Source of the DNA: a virus
Reading direction: 5' to 3' (one strand)
IMG/VR virus record: IMGVR_UViG_3300036832_001138
Coordinates: 1 to 64,000 of that record
Length of the DNA stretch: 64,000 nucleotides
This document shows, one piece after another, positions 28,833 through 37,626 of the stretch (within the stretch, counting starts at the first letter, position 1; every line of letters starts with the position of its first letter). The notes under the pieces were generated by a model. It did not search any database. It was not told where the DNA came from and was given only the letters and a program-made list of their open reading frames with translations. The position numbers were made by a program, and so were the translations under genes.

Positions 28833-28925
28833 GGGAGACTCCTTCGTATGAGAGCGCCGGGGGCAAACCCGGCGAGTGCATGCGCACTATGACCGGGCCC
28901 GCATGGGGCCCGGCTTAGTGCTCAC

Positions 28926-29729
28926 TTATCGCGTGGGATCGTTGGTGTATTCTTCCCACTGCTTCTTTTCGAGTTGGTCTTTCGACAACGCGTCGAGCGG
29001 AGAAAGATCGATTGCCCGGCCCGTGGTCACGGGCGCGGCGATCGCTTTGCCGTCGGTATCGAGATCGAGGAACGCCGTGCGCTGCTCGGCGATCCTGCGG
29101 ATGGCCGACCGATCAACCTCGACCGCGGCCTGCTCCCCGGCCGCTTTGATGGCCGTGGCGCTGGCGCGTGCCAGATCGATCGCGACTTGCACGCGGGCGG
29201 TTGCGTCAGGCGAAAGCATCTGCCCGACGCTCTTGGCCCGGCGGGCCGCCTCACGAACCTTTTTCACGTCGAGGTTCGCTAAGCCTTCCTGCATATCGTC
29301 CATCAAATCGCGAATCTCGCTATTGATGGCCTTGACCGCCTCAACGTCGTCGGGAGCGATCCGCCCCGTCATGACGTTGACGCTCAACCGCGTGACGTTT
29401 GCGGTTGCGTTGAACGCGTCTTGGATGCGCCGTGCTTCGGCGATCGCAGCGGCGAGCTTATCGCTTTCCGCTTCCGGGCAGAGCAGCCCGAACGCGCTAT
29501 GCGCGCAAACCTTGCGGATCGCGTTAGATGCCTTGCCGCGGGCAACCGCCGCGGCTTCGTGCTCGACCGGATCGACGATCGTGCGCTCGGTTTCCCAACG
29601 CGCCCGCCGCTCGCCTTCCGGCGTAGTGTGATCGGCTTCGATCGTTTGCTTGGCGTAGCTCACATTGCCGCGGACGCTGGTCGACAACGCAACCAAAAGG
29701 CCGGGGCGCAGTGTGGAGGTATTTAACAT
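28926..29729 (-). CDS. Hypothetical helical protein (AAA-ATPase partner)
   Basis: 267 aa, SD gaaggagtc; adjacent to the AAA gene. Confidence 0.65.
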   Translation of the reverse strand: MLNTSTLRPGLLVALSTSVRGNVSYAKQTIEADHTTPEGERRARWETERTIVDPVEHEAAAVARGKASNAIRKVCAHSAFGLLCPEAESDKLAAAIAEARRIQDAFNATANVTRLSVNVMTGRIAPDDVEAVKAINSEIRDLMDDMQEGLANLDVKKVREAARRAKSVGQMLSPDATARVQVAIDLARASATAIKAAGEQAAVEVDRSAIRRIAEQRTAFLDLDTDGKAIAAPVTTGRAIDLSPLDALSKDQLEKKQWEEYTNDPTR

Positions 29730-29827
29730 GGTTAGACTCCTTCGTTTGATATGTCCGGGGCAAGCCGGAACACGTGCTCGGCGAGCACTATCGAGGGCAG
29801 CGCCTTAGCTGCCCTCTGTAGCGATCG

Positions 29828-31408
29828 TCAGGAGATATCGAGGGCGCGGACTTGCGCCTTGCGCCGCTCGATTGTCGCCGCGGTTGTCTCGACCGTGGAA
29901 GCCGGGCGAGCCCGCCCGACCGCCCACGCGCGAAGCGCCGCGATCTTTTCTTTCGACGTTTCGGCCAGCGGCACGACATTGCCCGCCGCTCGGATTAGAT
30001 CGTCGGTCGTGATCTCACGCTTGCCATCCGCAAAGGCGGAGAACATCGCGTCAGGCACGATCTCGGCGACTTCCGAGCCGGTGAACTTGTCGCACGCCTT
30101 GGCGATCGCCTTGGCGTCGACCGCGACCTTGCCACGGCCATGCTTGCGCATGGCCGTCTGCAACACCGCGATCCGCTCGACTTCGCTCGGGAGATCGATG
30201 AAAAAGACTTCATCGAATCTTCCTTTGCGCATCAACTCCGGCGGCAGATCGTCGACCTTGTTGGCGGTCGCGATCACGAAGGCTTCGCCCTGGCGCTCTT
30301 GCATCCAATTCAGGATGCTACCGAGCGCATCGGACGAAACGCCACCATCGGCCGCGCCTTGCGTCGCACCGGCCAATGCTTTTTCGATTTCGTCGAGCCA
30401 CACAACGCAGCGGCCCACGCTCTCGATCACGCGGAGCGCCTTTCTCAAATTGCCTTCCGATTCGCCGACGAACTTGCTTTTGAGCGCACCAAGATCGAGG
30501 CGCAGGAGCGGCACGCCGTAGGCCGTGGCGATCGCCTTGGCCGTGAGCGACTTACCGCAACCGGGAACGCCAACGAGCAGCGTGCCCTTCGGCGCAGGCA
30601 ACCCGTAGGCTCTCGCGTCCGGCGACCATGCCGCACTGCGCGACACGAGCCATTGCTTCAAGCCTTCGAGGCCGCCAACCGCTTCGAGCCCACCGGGCAG
30701 CGGATCATGCCATTCGAGCACGCGCTCGCGGGCAATCACGCGCTTTTTCTCGGAAGCGACGGCGGTCGGCTCGATCGTGCGAGTCTGCACGAGCGATTTC
30801 GAGTAAACCGCCTGCGCTTCCTCCCCGGTCAATCCGACCGCGGCATCGATTGCCGCGTCGCGCTGGCCGTTGAGGTTGAGGCCGTATTGCTCGACAAGAC
30901 CGTCGAGGATCGCGGCGATCTCCGCACGATCCGGAAGCGGCCACTCGATCACCGTGACGTGCCCGGCAAGCTCGGCCGGAACGTCGCCGGAGGGCGAGAG
31001 CACGATCAGCGATTGCGCGGCTTCGCGTTTCACGCCCGGAAGCAACCGGCAAAGGTTGCGAACCTTGCGCAGCGGAGCAGCGCCGGGCGGGCCCTGTAAC
31101 CATACGGGCAAGTCCCGCATGATCCACACGCCCCGCTCATTGCTTTTCGCTCGCTCGCGGATGGCTTCGAGCGTCGCATCCGGATCAGCGGACCCGATGT
31201 TGCGCTCGACGTTGCCAGCCATATCGGCGACGCCTTGGCCTACGTCCCAAGTATGGGCAACGTAACCCGCGGTAGCCGCCGCTTCGAACAAGTAGCCTTC
31301 GACGCGCGCTTCCTCGCGGGTAACGACCCACAACAGCGGATTGCGCGCGCGCAGCAACGCCGCGATATCTTCCGCGACTTGCAGGCTTTTGCTCATAACG
31401 TTTGTCAT
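29828..31408 (-). CDS. AAA+ ATPase (Ycf46/SpoVK-like)
   Basis: Walker A GVPGCGKS, Walker B VWLDEIEK, SRH 'ATAN...LPPELMRKGRFDE'; degenerate N-terminal AAA module. Confidence 0.9.
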   Translation of the reverse strand: MTNVMSKSLQVAEDIAALLRARNPLLWVVTREEARVEGYLFEAAATAGYVAHTWDVGQGVADMAGNVERNIGSADPDATLEAIRERAKSNERGVWIMRDLPVWLQGPPGAAPLRKVRNLCRLLPGVKREAAQSLIVLSPSGDVPAELAGHVTVIEWPLPDRAEIAAILDGLVEQYGLNLNGQRDAAIDAAVGLTGEEAQAVYSKSLVQTRTIEPTAVASEKKRVIARERVLEWHDPLPGGLEAVGGLEGLKQWLVSRSAAWSPDARAYGLPAPKGTLLVGVPGCGKSLTAKAIATAYGVPLLRLDLGALKSKFVGESEGNLRKALRVIESVGRCVVWLDEIEKALAGATQGAADGGVSSDALGSILNWMQERQGEAFVIATANKVDDLPPELMRKGRFDEVFFIDLPSEVERIAVLQTAMRKHGRGKVAVDAKAIAKACDKFTGSEVAEIVPDAMFSAFADGKREITTDDLIRAAGNVVPLAETSKEKIAALRAWAVGRARPASTVETTAATIERRKAQVRALDIS

Positions 31409-31502
31409 CTTTGACTCCTTCAATAGTGAACCGGAGGGCAAGCTCCGGAGCGTTGCGAGTGCAACACTATGACGCCCGCCGTAGCGGGCGCTTAGTGATG
31501 TC

Positions 31503-31727
31503 TCACTTGGTGAGGTGGGCGCGAAACGCGTCACTGTAAGGCTTGGACAGATGCGCCAGCGTTGGCCGGTATCGCATCCGGTAGGATCGATCGTAATTCG
31601 CGCCGTAAGGCTTGCCGATCGCGTTGAGATGTTTGCCGTGTACGCGTTGGGCGACCGTATATTGCCGCGGCTTGGTCACGCGATAACCAGCGGCTTTCAC
31701 CACGGCGATCGCTTGATCGAGACTCAT
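31503..31727 (-). CDS. Hypothetical protein (cassette)
   Basis: Flanked by repeat elements; SD gaaggagtc. Confidence 0.55.
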   Translation of the reverse strand: MSLDQAIAVVKAAGYRVTKPRQYTVAQRVHGKHLNAIGKPYGANYDRSYRMRYRPTLAHLSKPYSDAFRAHLTK

Positions 31728-31823
31728 ATTCGACTCCTTCGAGAGAGAAGCGCCGGGCAAGCGGCGCAGTGCAGCGAGTGCAGCACTATGACCGGGCGGC
31801 ACGCCGCCCGGCTTAGCGATGTC

Positions 31824-32477
31824 TCACTTGGTAGGATTGAAACCGGCCCGCTCGGTCGTGCCCCACGATAAGCCGAAGTGCTCGGCGCACGTTGGGCCAT
31901 AGCCGACCGCGGTCGACCGTTCGTCTTTGAGCGGCAGATTGCAGAAGCAGCACGCGCCAGTTAACCGGCCATGCTCGCCCGCGACCTTTGCGGGATCGCA
32001 AGCGAATTCCTTGAGCCGGGCAACGATCGCGTCCGTGCGGCCGTTGAGCTTGGCCGCCGGTTGAAACCCGCCGTCGACCGTGATCCGGCCGAACCAATCG
32101 CGACCATCAACGCCCTTGTTGGCGTCGAGCACCGTGATCGAGCCCGGCACCTTGGCCCGCGGGCCCGCGACCGAGAGGCGCAGCGTCACGTCCGCGGCAG
32201 GAACCGCGAGCACGATCGCCGGATATTTGAGATGTTGCTTCGCCTTGGCGAAAAGCGCGAGCACGCCGGACATTTCGCCGACTTGCTTGGCTTGCGGCTT
32301 GGCATCGGCAACCGTCGCGTAAATGAAGCTTTCGCGATAGGTGCCGACTTGCTCGCCGAGCGTGACCGGTTTTGTGCGGCCATCGCGCAGCGTCACCGTG
32401 ATGACTTCGCCGGGATTGTGCTGCATATCGCACAGCACGCCCCACGAACCATCCGGCAATTTGCGGAAACTATTCAT
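31824..32477 (-). CDS. DUF6011-like Zn-finger protein
   Basis: C-terminal 'CCFCNLPLKDERSTAVGYGPTCA'. Confidence 0.7.
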   Translation of the reverse strand: MNSFRKLPDGSWGVLCDMQHNPGEVITVTLRDGRTKPVTLGEQVGTYRESFIYATVADAKPQAKQVGEMSGVLALFAKAKQHLKYPAIVLAVPAADVTLRLSVAGPRAKVPGSITVLDANKGVDGRDWFGRITVDGGFQPAAKLNGRTDAIVARLKEFACDPAKVAGEHGRLTGACCFCNLPLKDERSTAVGYGPTCAEHFGLSWGTTERAGFNPTK

Positions 32478-32576
32478 CTTCGACTCCTTCATTTGAATGC
32501 ACCGGGGCAAGCCGGTGAGTGCAGCGAGTGCAGCACTGCAAAGGCCACGCCGAAGCGTGGCCGATGCGGTGGTGTC

Positions 32577-33104
32577 TCACTCAGTGACGACGGCAAGCGG
32601 CGAGTCCGCCTGCCATGCCGGATCGATCGAAGCATCCTCGACGCCGGGATCGAGTCCTTCGTTGTAACCGAGTTGAATCGCGCCATCCCACGACGCCAGC
32701 CGCTCGCGGATTTCGGCGTTGTCGGGCACGACGAGAAGGCCGCCCCAAATCTCATTGAGGCCGGTTTCCTTGACGGTGCCGAGCGTGCCCGCAGGCACGA
32801 CGCAATGGGGAAAGATGTCCCACGGCATCACGAACTTGACGCGCGAGCCGGGGTGCAGGTCGCGAGCCAATTCGAACCACGTGGCGGCGCGCTCGCCGTC
32901 GGCGGGGATCAGACGAAACAGCGGTTGAGCACCGCCGCCGCCGAGGTGCTGGCCATAGGCTTGCAGATCGCGGATCGCGATCGCCGTGCTCTCCGGATCG
33001 TCGGGGAAGCACTCGTCGACGGGGCATTCGGTTTCGAACGTCCAAGCGTCCGAGCCGTGAACTTGCGAGTAGAGGCGCACGCGCATTCTATGTTTGATGG
33101 TCAT
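32577..33104 (-). CDS. Hypothetical protein (cassette)
   Basis: Flanked by repeat elements; SD gaaggagtc. Confidence 0.6.
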   Translation of the reverse strand: MTIKHRMRVRLYSQVHGSDAWTFETECPVDECFPDDPESTAIAIRDLQAYGQHLGGGGAQPLFRLIPADGERAATWFELARDLHPGSRVKFVMPWDIFPHCVVPAGTLGTVKETGLNEIWGGLLVVPDNAEIRERLASWDGAIQLGYNEGLDPGVEDASIDPAWQADSPLAVVTE

Positions 33105-33202
33105 CTTCGACTCCTTCGGGTGATGCGCCGGGCAAGCGGCGCGAGCGTTGCGAGTGCAACACTGCAAAGGCCACGCCGAAGCGTGGCCGATGCGGTGGTG
33201 TC

Positions 33203-33469
33203 TCACTTCAAGTTTTGCCGGTGATAAACGAACGCCGTTTGCGCGCTCGGCAGGGCACGCGAAAACGTTTCGGTGCCCGTGTAGCAGATGACGCCAGCGG
33301 TGCACGTAAAGTCCGCGTTGGCACCGTAAGGCCGGAAAAACGTGATCTCGTTTTCCGTGACGTTTTTGACGATGGCGGTGCCCCACGGACCGTCGAGCAC
33401 TTTCACCACGTCGCCAATGCGAAGCTCGGCAACCGGCATTTCGCGATTGGGATACATCGGATTTTCCAT
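33203..33469 (-). CDS. Small SH3/KOW-like beta protein (cassette)
   Basis: 'ELRIGDVVKVLDGPWGTAIVKNV'; SD gaaggagtc. Confidence 0.55.
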   Translation of the reverse strand: MENPMYPNREMPVAELRIGDVVKVLDGPWGTAIVKNVTENEITFFRPYGANADFTCTAGVICYTGTETFSRALPSAQTAFVYHRQNLK

Positions 33470-33843
33470 TCTGGACTCCTTCGGGTTGATGCGCCGGGCA
33501 AGCGGCGCGGGAATTAAGCGTGCCCCTAGTCTCGCGTGATCCGGCGAGGGCGAGCCGGGCGCTTCGGCAAAATCTTGAATGGCGCGCCTTGCTTCGCGTG
33601 CCATTCGGTAGATTTTGTCGTTTGAAGGAAAGAGTCACATCCGCGCTCGCCGCGTGAAGCGAGCCGCCGATGGAATCTCAGCACCCCCGCTACGTCGGCC
33701 ACAAATAGGGCACTCGCGAGAGCGTGTGAGCGGCGCACCGGGCTTGCTTGTGGATGCCCCCTTTGGGGGTCACGAATGCCGACTTGTGGAGGGCCAGCGC
33801 CCGGCGGTGAACCAATCGAGCTATATGCTCGATCTCGACCGTA

Positions 33844-33872
33844 AATATAGGGCCATTGGCCCGGAAAGTCAA
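33844..33872 (-). promoter_or_regulatory. Strong sigma70 promoter with operator palindrome
   Basis: TTGACT-N17-TATATT; the spacer holds GGGCCAATGGCCC. Confidence 0.8.
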
Positions 33873-33902
33873 GGGCCACAAAGACTATATAAGTCTTTGA
33901 TA

Positions 33903-34163
33903 TTATTCGGGTTTTAGGCCCAAAATGGCCATGGCGCGATGGCCGGGTTTACCCGTCGAAATGAGGTATTGGAGGAACGCGCGCGCCGGGCCGGGCACTC
34001 CGCGCTCGCCCGCGCTCCATCGCCGCGAGGTTCTTTCGTCGACGAATAGCAGCGCCGCGGCATCGACGTGCGAATCGAGCCCAAGCTTTCTCAACGCGTC
34101 GTCGTAATCGTCGGGCGACATGTCCGGCGGCTTTGATTTCTTTGCAGGCGTCTTCGCAGTCAT
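33903..34163 (-). CDS. HTH transcriptional regulator (candidate repressor, probably leaderless mRNA)
   Basis: 'DALRKLGLDSHVDAAALLFVDERTSRRWSAGERGVPGP' HTH; the ATG is 7 nt after the -10 box. Confidence 0.7.
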   Translation of the reverse strand: MTAKTPAKKSKPPDMSPDDYDDALRKLGLDSHVDAAALLFVDERTSRRWSAGERGVPGPARAFLQYLISTGKPGHRAMAILGLKPE

Positions 34164-34170
34164 GCCATCC

Positions 34171-34200
34171 GATATAGGGCCAAAGGTCCCAAACCGGCAA
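34171..34200 (-). promoter_or_regulatory. Sigma70-like promoter with operator variant
   Basis: TTGCCG-N18-TATATC; the spacer holds GGGACCTTTGGCCC. Confidence 0.65.
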
Positions 34201-34204
34201 GACC

Positions 34205-34435
34205 TTATGATGATCGCAAATGCGCTGGCGGTGGTAACGGTCGCCCGATCTGCTTGAATATGCGGAAGGCGAGTTGTTGCTTCGCAAGCATGACCATCTG
34301 CGATGCGCGCTGCCGGGTGACGCCGAACTCGCGGCCGATCGCCTCGATCGTCGCGCCGTCGAGCCGCATATCGAGCGCGCGGGCGTATCGTGCCCAATCG
34401 CGCTGCGCGCCATTGATCAGAAGATTATCCGCCAT
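34205..34435 (-). CDS. Sigma70 region-4-like HTH protein
   Basis: 'GATIEAIGREFGVTRQRASQM'. Confidence 0.7.
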   Translation of the reverse strand: MADNLLINGAQRDWARYARALDMRLDGATIEAIGREFGVTRQRASQMVMLAKQQLAFRIFKQIGRPLPPPAHLRSS

Positions 34436-35104
34436 GTGAAGCCCATCCAACCGAGCGCGTAGGTCAGCGGGCCGATGGTGAACGCGTAAAACCATCCGAC
34501 CCATTGCGCGTAGAACATACACGCGGCAATGCAGAAAATCACGTGCGCCAATTCCCACCGCTCGATCTTGACGCCGCGCACGGTGACAAGCTCGATATCG
34601 AGCCAATCGGCCATGCGATCGAAGCGATCGAGGATCACGCGCGGGACGTAGCGTCCGACCGGGCGATGTTTGCCGCCGAATTCCATCATCTGACGATCTC
34701 GGCTGGCGCTTCGGCCGACCGCATTTGCTGTGATGTCAGCGTGACTTGTATTGCCAGTAGTAAACACATTCGCAACCGTTCCAATCCACTGTCCACCGCC
34801 AATGCTGGCGTCTCATGCAGGGGCGCCAGAACATCCACCACGGCGTGGCTTGCCATGGGCCGGTAGGGTGTTCTGGAAATTCGATCTTCATGTCAGCTTG
34901 CTACTGAAAGGGTTGCGTCTGTGCAATAGCGGCTGGCGCTTCGGCCGACTGCATTTGCTTGATCCGAAACAAACTGTCTTTGTATCGCGGCTTGTAGAAC
35001 GCGGCCTGCATCCAATCGATTGCGTCTTCTTTATCTGCGAACGCGCCCACAACTTCGAAATCGCTCGCGCCTTCCGTTGGGGTGATGATGACGATGTAGC
35101 TCAC

Positions 35105-35524
35105 CTATTGGCCTCGCTGTTCTTCCTTGCCTGCCGCGATGATCTTGCCATTGGCATCGCGCGTGGTCGTCGTGCCGTCCGGCTCTCTTGTCGTGATCGA
35201 AATGATTTGCCCGCCAGCATCGCGAGTCGTCGCAGTGTTGCCGGTCGTGGTGGTGGTGCCAATGAGCTTGCCGTTGGGATCATAGATCGTGCGCGTGCCA
35301 TCGGGGGCGATTTTGGCCGTGCCCGTGAGTTCGCCCTTGGCGTCGCGGAAGTAAACCATGTTGTCAGATGTAGTCGCCGTGCCGACGATTTGGCCTTCGG
35401 GCGATTTGATAATGGCAGTGTGCGGCACAACCGACTTGCCGGGCATGTCAGGCGTCCGCGTTATCGATTGCGCCATCGCGGTCGGGGCAAAGAGCGCGAC
35501 GGAAAGAAATAGCATCTTGATCAT
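35105..35524 (-). CDS. Secreted protein with 'RDAxG' beta-hairpin repeats
   Basis: Signal peptide; five T-rich xDxxG(Q/K/E)(I/L) repeats. Confidence 0.65.
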   Translation of the reverse strand: MIKMLFLSVALFAPTAMAQSITRTPDMPGKSVVPHTAIIKSPEGQIVGTATTSDNMVYFRDAKGELTGTAKIAPDGTRTIYDPNGKLIGTTTTTGNTATTRDAGGQIISITTREPDGTTTTRDANGKIIAAGKEEQRGQ

Positions 35525-35537
35525 TTTGCTTTCTCCT

Positions 35538-35575
35538 AAAAAACGAGCCCGGCGCTAGGTTAGCCACCGGGCTCG
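35538..35575 (-). terminator. Intrinsic terminator
   Basis: cgagcccgg...ccgggctcg stem followed by tttttt on the - strand. Confidence 0.6.
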
Positions 35576-35631
35576 CGCCGAACGGCATCAGCGATGTGGA
35601 TAAACTGCACCGTTCGGTGTTCGTTGTCGAG

Positions 35632-36300
35632 CTACGCGATCGCCAGTTTCTTTTTGCGACGCGTCCACTGCCAGCCACCGAAGCCGAGCATCCCGAGCAA
35701 GCCCGGAAGCCCCGCGCCGACGATTGGTCCCGGCACCGCAGCGGCAGACAGAGCGCCGCCGAGATTGGCCGCGCCTCCACCGTTGGTAACGATGTGGAAA
35801 TCGACGCTGGCGTTGAACGTCGCCGGAAGATTGAACGCAGCGAACGCGGCATCATGCCCACCGGAGATCGGCCCCGTGAAGGTCGAGGAGTCGATGATGG
35901 TGCCATTGATATCCGTGCTGATCGTCGCGACCCAACCGGTAGAGAGCCCGGTTGCATCGAAGCCGCTCAGCAATGCGGTCAATCCGGTCGGGCTGGTGAG
36001 CCCGACGCCGAGCACGTTCAAGTCCAGCGTATGACTTCCTGCAACGGTTTGCTGGACCGAGATCGTGTTGCCTTGCAGAAGGAAGGGCGGCGGAACGCCG
36101 CCCGGTCCGTTGGTCGATCCCGTCGCCAGGATCGTGAAGTCACCGAACGCGACCGGACCAATCGATGACGTAGCGGTCGGAGTCGGAACGGTCGTCGTCG
36201 CCCCACCATCCTCTTGAGCAGTGAAGGTGATGGTTGCGGCCATGGCACTGGTTGACGCCAGCAACAGGGCCGTCGTTAACGCAATTCCTAGTTTTCGCAT
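35632..36300 (-). CDS. Secreted protein with a PEP-CTERM-like (VPGP) signal
   Basis: Signal peptide MRKLGIALTTALLLASTSAMA; C-terminal VPGPIVGAGLPGLLG...RRKKK. Confidence 0.8.
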   Translation of the reverse strand: MRKLGIALTTALLLASTSAMAATITFTAQEDGGATTTVPTPTATSSIGPVAFGDFTILATGSTNGPGGVPPPFLLQGNTISVQQTVAGSHTLDLNVLGVGLTSPTGLTALLSGFDATGLSTGWVATISTDINGTIIDSSTFTGPISGGHDAAFAAFNLPATFNASVDFHIVTNGGGAANLGGALSAAAVPGPIVGAGLPGLLGMLGFGGWQWTRRKKKLAIA

Positions 36301-36398
36301 GCGAAACGCCCCTTTGCGTTTTTCGAGATATTCCATCGCGGCCGACTGGTCGCGATGGTCGTTAATGGCGCTTCAAGCTACGCCATAGAGTTGATGGC

Positions 36399-37028
36399 CT
36401 AGGCCACTTGCCTCCACCATTGATAACGCTTCTGGCGGACGCGAGCGAGCACAAGCATTCCCAAGCCAAGCAAGCCGGGGATTCCCGCGCCCACGACCGG
36501 ACCGGGCACCGAAGCAACGTCGATGCGATAATGCTCGAAGTCTTGGATCACGCCACCAACATCGTTCAGCGTGATCTTCGAGATGGCTTCGCCGTTGATC
36601 GCGGTGAACGTGAACCCGGATTGTGCGCCGTTGATCACACCTAGATCAAAGGTGAACGTTCCGTCCGTGGCGACTACCGTCGCAGTCACATCGCCGGTGC
36701 CTACAAGTGAAAAGACATCGGTTGCGGTGCCAAGTACGGTGGTCTTGTCCGTGGCGAAAACAACGATTTGAAGATCGCTCGTGTTGCTGATCTTAATATC
36801 GTTGCCGTTGGAAGCACCGGTGAAGCTAGAATTCCCCGACAGATCGGTGAATTGAGCAAAACCGGTGTGTTGGCCGTTGAAACTGCCAAAAGCAACATTG
36901 CCGCTAATGGAGTCGAAGACGACGTTATCGCCCGTGCCGCTTAGATGCCGGTCGAGGATAACGTCGGCGCTTGCTTGAGTCGTCGCGAGGCCGAGCGCAA
37001 AGACGCTCGCGAGCAGGAGTTTCTTCAT
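36399..37028 (-). CDS. Secreted protein with a PEP-CTERM-like (VPGP) signal
   Basis: Signal peptide MKKLLLASVFALGLATTQASA; C-terminal VPGPVVGAGIPGLLG...RVRQKR. Confidence 0.8.
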   Translation of the reverse strand: MKKLLLASVFALGLATTQASADVILDRHLSGTGDNVVFDSISGNVAFGSFNGQHTGFAQFTDLSGNSSFTGASNGNDIKISNTSDLQIVVFATDKTTVLGTATDVFSLVGTGDVTATVVATDGTFTFDLGVINGAQSGFTFTAINGEAISKITLNDVGGVIQDFEHYRIDVASVPGPVVGAGIPGLLGLGMLVLARVRQKRYQWWRQVA

Positions 37029-37140
37029 TTTGTGATTACTCCGGTTTGAATACGCGAGGCAGCCCATCTTTTAAGAACCGTGCCCCTCTGGAAAGCCCCC
37101 GCGCGGATGGTGGGTGTCTTGAGAGCAGCGGTAACATGCC

Positions 37141-37169
37141 ACGCTAGGGCCATCGGCCCGGCAGAGCAA
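37141..37169 (-). promoter_or_regulatory. Sigma70-like promoter with operator variant
   Basis: TTGCTC-N17-TAGCGT; the spacer holds GGGCCGATGGCCC. Confidence 0.55.
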
Positions 37170-37272
37170 GATCGGCAAGGCTCTATTTTTTGGACATTGA
37201 CAGATTTTTGCGACGAAGATTTTACGCGTAATTGGGCTTTATTGGGCCATTGGGCAGATATAGCTTTCCTCT

Positions 37273-37626
37273 ATGCCGACGCGGATCAGCGATGACGAAC
37301 TTGTGGAGCTTTGGCACAATGGCGTGGCGACGCACCTTGTGGCCCGCGATTGTGACGTGTCCGCCGAGTTTTTGCAATCGCGGTGGAAACTGCTCAAGGC
37401 CGAAGGTCGCCTTCCTATGACCAAGCGCCCGGTCAAGAGCACTGCCGCCAAAGGGCCCGCGCCCCCCGATAAAGGCGACGACAATAACGGTTGCCCGCTC
37501 GACGACGGCGGCATGCTCGACGCGCTATGGGCCGCGCATCCCGAAGGCCCGCGCGAGGATTTATTCAATGATGCGCGGGCGAAGGCGAGAGCTTTCGGAG
37601 CAGAGCAAGATCGCAAGCAATCGTGA
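37273..37626 (+). CDS. Small HTH-like hypothetical protein
   Basis: Divergent ORF 'DELVELWHNGVATHLVARDCDVS'; operator-like gggccattgggc at 37244. Confidence 0.45.
   Translation: MPTRISDDELVELWHNGVATHLVARDCDVSAEFLQSRWKLLKAEGRLPMTKRPVKSTAAKGPAPPDKGDDNNGCPLDDGGMLDALWAAHPEGPREDLFNDARAKARAFGAEQDRKQS

Larger units (their letters stand above)
28401..33520 (-). repeat. Eight copies of a ~90-nt structured intergenic element (28401-28487, 28837-28925, 29735-29827, 31413-31502, 31732-31823, 32482-32576, 33109-33202, partial 33474-33520)
   Basis: Each copy has long hairpin + short hairpin + hairpin with a conserved (C/T)TTGCC loop + GAAGGAGTC SD; stems covary; blocks of 18-48 nt are shared exactly between copies. 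Confidence 0.85.

Noticed and set aside
26922-33224. Long + strand ORFs (26922-28043, 30140-31099, 31971-33224)
   Set aside because: Antisense shadows of - strand genes that have SDs and recognisable motifs.
28401-33520. Integron attC cassette array
   Set aside because: No integron integrase and no consistent RYYYAAC/GTTRRRY ends; the elements contain an SD and RNA-type tetraloops instead.
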